From positions 70,848-134,847 of the forward strand of contig PFRS01000008.1 of the NCBI GenBank assembly GCA_002788675.1: 64,000 nt of DNA, given 5' to 3'. The position numbers and the translations under genes were made by a program. The notes below the pieces were generated by a model. It saw only the letters and a program-made list of their open reading frames with translations. It had not been told where the DNA came from and searched no databases. This document shows positions 59,623 to 64,000 of the stretch, piece by piece; position 1 is the stretch's first letter; every line of letters starts with the position of its first letter. Origin of the DNA: Candidatus Pacebacteria bacterium CG_4_9_14_0_2_um_filter_40_15. Lineage in GTDB: Bacteria; Patescibacteriota; Microgenomatia; UBA1400; PJMF01.

Positions 59623-60522
59623 TTAATACACAATTGGGCTATACTCAACCTTCAATATCTGGTCATTTTCATCAACAATCACAGTTGCAGTAGCTTCTTT
59701 TGACTGCAGAATAACTATAGAAACAGGTGTGACACTAACAGCGCTTGTTGAACTTTGAAATTGATTGAAAAATTTTTCAGCTAGTACTTGTTGTTGCTCA
59801 GTCACCCAAGATGCTTTCTTTTCAGCAAATACTTTATTTCTAGTTTGCACGCTTTCTTGAATGCTCTCTAAAATTAATGTTTCAATGCAGGAGTGCTCTT
59901 CTACACTTTTATTACTACAGAGTTTAGGATCGATTGATTCGTAATAATAAAAATATCCAATGGTGTCTTTTGGATTAGAGTCAAGGTAATCTGTGGTGAT
60001 ACAATCTTGAGTTTTATTTGTGCATATATCTGAAGGAAAAGAAATAAATGCAATGTATTGATCGCGATAGTTATAAGTAGTGATGTAGGCGTTAACTTGT
60101 TTTCTTATGACTTCTTCCCAGGATGTTTTTGCATTTTCAGAAATGATTTCAGAATCAATTTCATTTAACGGCTTATTCATTAGCTGTGTTAGAAGATATT
60201 CATTTAGGTTTTCTAACTTGAAATGGGGTTCATTCTGAAAGATAAAAAAATTGTCATTCTTTGCAAATTCATTACTATCCTTTTGAAGTGGTGTTTCTTC
60301 AACTTGTTCTGACAGTGATTCAAAGTTTTGATTTTCAATTACTGCTGCCTTATCTTTTTTGAAGAACAACATACATACGACAAGACCAGTCAGAATAAAA
60401 GCTCCACTAATAAGTAGTATGAGGAAAGGTGAGATTGAACGCACATTTTTTGATTCTCGAATATTTAGTTCTGAAAGATTTTCATTAGTTATTTCTGGAT
60501 TTATTGGCTGAATTGAATTCAT
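59623..60522 (-). CDS. Hypothetical single-pass membrane protein with Cys-containing extracytoplasmic domain (first gene of operon)
   Basis: 299 aa: a TM helix near residue 35 and six Cys residues in the C-terminal part. Confidence 0.4.
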   Translation of the reverse strand: MNSIQPINPEITNENLSELNIRESKNVRSISPFLILLISGAFILTGLVVCMLFFKKDKAAVIENQNFESLSEQVEETPLQKDSNEFAKNDNFFIFQNEPHFKLENLNEYLLTQLMNKPLNEIDSEIISENAKTSWEEVIRKQVNAYITTYNYRDQYIAFISFPSDICTNKTQDCITTDYLDSNPKDTIGYFYYYESIDPKLCSNKSVEEHSCIETLILESIQESVQTRNKVFAEKKASWVTEQQQVLAEKFFNQFQSSTSAVSVTPVSIVILQSKEATATVIVDENDQILKVEYSPIVY

Positions 60523-60778
60523 ATGTACTATACTAGCAGATTTTGCTTAGCTTATACTTAGAGAGAAGCTAAGACATACTACTAAATCCCGACCGTAAAA
60601 TTGTGGGAGTAGCTTCATGTTATTGGCTAAAATACTGCGGGGAGTGTGGGATTTACGACTCGCTACTATTTGTAACTACTTATGGAAGCTCGCATGCACT
60701 AGGGTGACTCGCGCAGCTGCGCTCGTGCGCCCGTCGCGAACTATCTTCTGCATACCTTTTGCCACTTGGTCATAAAAA

Positions 60779-60806
60779 AAATACCCAATTTGGGTATTTT
60801 TTTTAT
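60779..60806. terminator. Perfect palindromic bidirectional terminator
   Basis: aaaaaaaatacccaatttgggtattttttttt. Confidence 0.6.
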
Positions 60807-60807
60807 G

Positions 60808-60889
60808 GCGGAGAGCGAGGGATTTACCCTCGTCAGGCTCAAATTGTACATTGAGTGATGAGTTCGCTTGATCGGGCACAAGTCATCCC
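60808..60889. repeat. Repeat copy A: a 17-nt duplicate of the tRNA-Ser(TGA) 3' end plus a conserved ~65-bp segment X
   Basis: 60808-60824 gcggagagcgagggatt equals the tRNA 3' end at 60945-60961. 60821-60843 and 60858-60882 are identical to the inverted copy at 62807-62875. Confidence 0.75.
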
Positions 60890-60945
60890 TCACAATGCAA
60901 TTACCTAATAAAAAAACAAGCTAACGCTTGTTCTTTTATCAGGTG

Positions 60946-61028
60946 CGGAGAGCGAGGGATTCGAACCCACGGGCCCCGAAAGGCGCGGTTTTCAAGACCG
61001 ATGCAATTGACCACTCTGCCAGCTCTCC
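60946..61028 (-). tRNA. tRNA-Ser (anticodon TGA), type II with long variable arm
   Basis: The reverse complement GGAGAGCTGGCAGAGTGGTCAATTGCATCGGTCTTGAAAACCGCGCCTTTCGGGGCCCGTGGGTTCGAATCCCTCGCTCTCCG has acceptor GGAGAGC/GCTCTCC and anticodon loop CTTGAAA. There is one T-stem mismatch, and CCA is not encoded. Confidence 0.7.
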
Positions 61029-61140
61029 ACTTTGTATGTTAATGGTTTGTTTTTTGTTCTGGTACAAACACTAACCAGGTAGCTATTATATACTGACTTG
61101 CCTACTTTTTCGAGCAGTGAATATAGTGTACACTAAGTGC

Positions 61141-61983
61141 ATGACCGAAGATGGTATTCTCCCTACTAGCACACCAGCTCCACAGCCTGAAAAGACTGTG
61201 TTTCAACAGCCAACTTCTGGATTTGCAGCAGCAGGTGATGAACCCGTTATCTTTCCAGTGGCTCCAGTAGATCCGACAGTTTTTCAAAAAGCAGTGCAAG
61301 CAGAGCAGAAGAACACAGTAGTAATGGCACAAGTTGAGCCAAAAGAGGATTCTGTGCCAGTAACTCAAGTAGAGCCACCAATTCAAGCGCAACAACAGCA
61401 ACAACCTCGTATTCCAGAAGAGGAGCAGCAACAAGACTATGACGAGCAAGTTGAAGCGTATGATTATTCAGGTTATTTTCCAGATGCACTCAGACCACAA
61501 CCAGAAGAGTTACTCTATAGTTGGTCCGCTCCAAGTAGACCTTTTAAAAAACACAATAGAAATTACTACACTACCATAGCGGTGATTGTTTTGTTGATTT
61601 CACTTATTTTAGTCTTTGCAGGCCAATTTATCCCAATGGCGGTTGTTTGCGCTGTAGCATTTATGGTGTACGTAATTAACTCTGTACCACCTGAAGAAAT
61701 TCAATACGGTATTACGACATATGGTGTGCGAATTGGAGAAAAATTGTATTATTGGGATATGATGACTCGTTTTTGGTATGGAAGTAAGTATGATCAAAAA
61801 TTGCTCTATATCCAGATTGTTGAATTTCCTGATCGTCTGACTTTAGTTATTGGCGATGCGAAGCAAGAAATCTTAACAAGCATTTTTGCTGAGTTGCTTC
61901 TTCTTGAGAAACCTCCACTCACCACCTATGAAAAGATTGCTAAGTGGTTGCAAGATAAGTTTCCGTTAGATTTAGATTCCTAA
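61141..61983 (+). CDS. Hypothetical membrane protein with Pro/Gln-rich N-terminal region
   Basis: A PQPEKTVFQQPTSG...QQQQQP low-complexity N-terminus, two TM helices, and a C-terminal domain. The start is the ATG at 61141 or the GTG at 61117. Confidence 0.4.
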   Translation: MTEDGILPTSTPAPQPEKTVFQQPTSGFAAAGDEPVIFPVAPVDPTVFQKAVQAEQKNTVVMAQVEPKEDSVPVTQVEPPIQAQQQQQPRIPEEEQQQDYDEQVEAYDYSGYFPDALRPQPEELLYSWSAPSRPFKKHNRNYYTTIAVIVLLISLILVFAGQFIPMAVVCAVAFMVYVINSVPPEEIQYGITTYGVRIGEKLYYWDMMTRFWYGSKYDQKLLYIQIVEFPDRLTLVIGDAKQEILTSIFAELLLLEKPPLTTYEKIAKWLQDKFPLDLDS

Positions 61984-62037
61984 GTTTCTAGAGATACTCA
62001 AAAATAAGTATGTTTGATATAATACCTCACATCAAGT

Positions 62038-62111
62038 GCGCTCATAGCTCAGTTGGATAGAGCATCAGTTTGCGGAATTGAAGGTCGCAGGTTCGAGCCC
62101 TGCTGAGCGCA
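62038..62111 (+). tRNA. tRNA-Arg (anticodon GCG)
   Basis: GCGCTCATAGCTCAGTTGGATAGAGCATCAGTTTGCGGAATTGAAGGTCGCAGGTTCGAGCCCTGCTGAGCGCA is a standard 74-nt cloverleaf. It has A20, C35, G37 and A73; anticodon positions 34-36 are GCG. Confidence 0.7.
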
Positions 62112-62137
62112 CCCTGTCTGTCTTAGAAAATTTTATA

Positions 62138-62668
62138 ATGATCGAAAGAAGACAACCAACCCCTCTTGAATTAGAATTAGAAGCTTCACTCGAAGATAAT
62201 CACGTTGCGTCTTTAGAAGTATCACCTGATGATTTAGTTTCTGTTGTGCAGTTATTGTCACAGCAATTGTTGGAAAAAAATGGAGCTTCAAAAATTTCAT
62301 TTAAAAAAGTTGCAGTTGAAATTAAAAATCAATCAGCTGAAATTTCGATTGTTGTCAGTATTGCTCTTCCTGTTTCTGCCACATTTACTATTTCGTATGC
62401 ACTTTCAAACTCATATTCTCAACTAGGAACGCTGTCAGTTACAAACCTTAAGGTTGGGATTGAAGCAAGCAGACTAGCAAAGCTTTCTCTTAAGGTTCTA
62501 CAAGTTGAAAAACAGATTAAAGATACTTTGGCAAATCTTAACGAAGTGCTCGCGCTCAATCCACCACCACTAGTTACAGAGCGCGGTTTAGCTTTTACCA
62601 AGATACATCTCCATTTGGAAAATACACATTTGGCGGTACAATTAAGATCGACAAGCGTGTCAACGTAG
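62138..62668 (+). CDS. Hypothetical protein
   Basis: The start was trimmed to the ATG at 62138 (MIERRQP) so it does not overlap tRNA-Arg. Its stop overlaps the first nt of tRNA-Ser. Confidence 0.35.
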   Translation: MIERRQPTPLELELEASLEDNHVASLEVSPDDLVSVVQLLSQQLLEKNGASKISFKKVAVEIKNQSAEISIVVSIALPVSATFTISYALSNSYSQLGTLSVTNLKVGIEASRLAKLSLKVLQVEKQIKDTLANLNEVLALNPPPLVTERGLAFTKIHLHLENTHLAVQLRSTSVST

Positions 62669-62753
62669 GAAGGATGCCGGAGTGGTTTAACGGCCAGTTC
62701 TCGAAAAGCTTGGGAGACTCTGTCTCACGGGGGTTCGAATCCCCCTCCTTCCG
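62668..62753 (+). tRNA. tRNA-Ser (anticodon CGA), type II
   Basis: GGAAGGATGCCGGAGTGGTTTAACGGCCAGTTCTCGAAAAGCTTGGGAGACTCTGTCTCACGGGGGTTCGAATCCCCCTCCTTCCG has acceptor GGAAGGA/TCCTTCC, T-arm GGGGG-TTCGAAT-CCCCC and anticodon loop CTCGAAA. Confidence 0.75.
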
Positions 62754-62806
62754 CATGTATAAAAAACAGGCTGTAAGCCTGATTTTTATACATATGAGTA
62801 TGTAAG

Positions 62807-62888
62807 GGGATGTCTTGTGCCCGATCAAGCGAACTCATTAAGGTATATTAGTTTGAGCCTGACGAGGGTAAATCCCCCTCCTTCCGCA
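62807..62888. repeat. Repeat copy B (inverted relative to copy A): segment X plus an 18-nt duplicate of the tRNA-Ser(CGA) 3' end
   Basis: 62871-62888 aatccccctccttccgca equals the tRNA 3' end at 62738-62755. The X portion is about 85% identical to the reverse complement of copy A. Confidence 0.75.
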
Positions 62889-62925
62889 CGTAACTACTGA
62901 GCGAGCCATAGAAAAGAACGTCTGT

Positions 62926-64000
62926 ATGCTTCCAATTCAACCCCCATGCATCCCAAAATATTTTGATTTTTCACGAAAAGTAAAGACACCTCACAACGCA
63001 CACCTTTTTTCACGGTTTTGCCTTTCTTGGGAAGATGGTCTTTGGCATGTATTGAAAGTGCATGCTATTCCCAAAGGGTCAGTTGTATTGGTTCCCAGTT
63101 TTTTCTGCTGGGATGTAGTTAAAAATATGCAGCAGCATGGGTTAGTGCACAAAGTCTATGCAGTGGATAAAAACTTACAACCAATTGAAGCAGAGTTTAT
63201 AGCCCAACTTAAACAATGGAAACCAGCTGTGGTGATTATTTTTCATTCTGTTGGGATTACAAATAATCTCTTTAAAAACCCAAGTAAGTGGCTGCCTTTT
63301 GTGTCTATAGATGCTTTGATTATTGAAGATAGTGTGCACCGTGTTGTGGATTCTTCACGAATTTCTTTTATTACTAAGAATCACTATGTCATTGATAGTT
63401 TACGCAAAGTTGTTCCAATCCAAGGAAGTTGGATGTATGCAGGTCACCGTATTCCAAAAATTCCTGTTAGTGTTTCTGTGCGAACAGTTTGGTATAGAGT
63501 ATTAATACTTTTTTGGTGGTTAGTCATGCAGTTTTTTTTAGTCTTAGTGTACTATTCACGTGCCTCAAGCATCGAAAAAAAAGGAAATACTTTAGCTGAG
63601 TTGGCGATGTTGAGGGGATATGAAGCAGTTGGGGTTCATCTGCAGCCAAGTCCTGGTCACTCAATTATGGCATTTTTATCTAGAAAAATTGCTCTTCAAA
63701 AAAATTTCAGTATCAAAAAAAAACAGGCGCTGCGGTATGCTGAGCGCTTGCAGAGCTGTGCAGATTCTAAAAACTTTTTTTTCATTTCGATGCAGGCATC
63801 AGACGCACAAGAGCTACGTGGGTTTCCTCTTGGCATAGAGCTTAGGGTGGCTGATGATTTTCTTGCTTATCTGAGAGAACACACTCTGTCTGTACGTTTT
63901 GAACTCAACGATAGTATTTGGAGTTCTCGTCAAAAAATTGTGTATCTGCCAATGGGGCTGCATGTACAGGATACAGAAATTGATAGTGTTTGTGCGATTA
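62926..64000 (+). CDS. DegT/DnrJ/EryC1/StrS aminotransferase-family-like protein, 3' end outside the window (not in the ORF track)
   Basis: Frame 1 is open from 62872 to the window end. The first ATG is at 62926. VVLVPSFFCWDVVKNMQQHGL..VHKVYAVD resembles the DegT EVIVPSFTF...PVFVD region, and ALIIEDSVHRV resembles VIEDCAQA. Confidence 0.45.
   Translation, partial: MLPIQPPCIPKYFDFSRKVKTPHNAHLFSRFCLSWEDGLWHVLKVHAIPKGSVVLVPSFFCWDVVKNMQQHGLVHKVYAVDKNLQPIEAEFIAQLKQWKPAVVIIFHSVGITNNLFKNPSKWLPFVSIDALIIEDSVHRVVDSSRISFITKNHYVIDSLRKVVPIQGSWMYAGHRIPKIPVSVSVRTVWYRVLILFWWLVMQFFLVLVYYSRASSIEKKGNTLAELAMLRGYEAVGVHLQPSPGHSIMAFLSRKIALQKNFSIKKKQALRYAERLQSCADSKNFFFISMQASDAQELRGFPLGIELRVADDFLAYLREHTLSVRFELNDSIWSSRQKIVYLPMGLHVQDTEIDSVCAI

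Noticed and set aside
60676-60879. 67-aa minus-strand ORF
   Set aside because: It spans the GC-rich palindromic leader, the bidirectional terminator, and repeat copy A. It is most likely non-coding.
62078-62668. ORF-track start at 62078 for the hypothetical protein
   Set aside because: That start lies inside tRNA-Arg (62038-62111). It was trimmed to the internal ATG at 62138.
1-64000. Alternative genetic code (UGA or UAA recoding)
   Set aside because: Conserved genes (sufC, sufS, sodA, ftsK, rnj) terminate on TAA/TAG/TGA and read through without internal stops under the standard code.

Overview
This is a low-GC bacterial chromosomal segment using the standard genetic code (long conserved genes end in TAA/TAG/TGA and contain no in-frame stops). 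The gene content resembles a small-genome Gram-positive-type or Patescibacteria-like organism; that taxonomic guess is inference only. No CRISPR array or transposase was seen.

Main contents, in order:
- 1-3.5 kb: the 3' end of pnp (PNPase) with an RGG-rich tail, then an ABC-2 exporter on the minus strand.
- 3.7-9.5 kb: two unknown or LacD-like genes, Fe/Mn superoxide dismutase, a DEDDy-type exonuclease, a Nudix hydrolase, and a 26-bp perfect inverted repeat in the intergenic space.
- 9.5-12.6 kb: a MacA/MacB/FtsX-type efflux system.
- 12.7-21.2 kb: an HExxH protein, then a suf Fe-S assembly cluster. The cluster is sufC, a Nudix hydrolase, sufB carrying a full-size LAGLIDADG intein, and a very short sufD. 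After two minus-strand genes come sufS and sufU.
- 21.3-29.3 kb: YjjX NTPase, an FNR-like reductase with a ferredoxin, DsbA, a SufT/DUF59 protein, rpiB, rpe, a LOG-family protein and a PfkB kinase.
- 29.3-38.3 kb: an LPXTG surface protein, a Lon-derived AAA+ ATPase with no protease domain, a CDP-alcohol phosphatidyltransferase, a family-4 UDG, RNase J and FtsK.
- 38.3-43.4 kb: a lipoprotein gene broken by an in-frame TAA, and a minus-strand operon of ComF, a tubulin-tyrosine-ligase (TTL)-like ATP-grasp protein and a RimK-like ATP-grasp protein.
- 43.4-57.3 kb: a surface glycosylation-type region (two GT-C enzymes, GT4, a methyltransferase-GT4 fusion, GT2, SAM methyltransferases), plus a thermonuclease with an Excalibur domain, tRNA-Val, dus, a secreted C39-like protein, Bcp, DUF805 and DUF1295 proteins.
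- 57.3-60.5 kb: a six-gene operon of unknown, mostly membrane or secreted, proteins.
- 60.5-62.9 kb: a tRNA island holding tRNA-Ser(TGA), tRNA-Arg(GCG) and tRNA-Ser(CGA). Each Ser tRNA is followed by a terminator, a conserved ~70-bp segment, and a 17-18-nt duplicate of its own 3' end. This looks like att-site remnants.
- 62.9-64.0 kb: the 5' part of a DegT-like gene that runs off the window and is absent from the ORF track.

The findings I rate highest are the TTL-like plus RimK-like ligase pair, the SufB intein, the tRNA 3'-end duplications, the protease-less Lon module, and the unknown operon at 57.3-60.5 kb.
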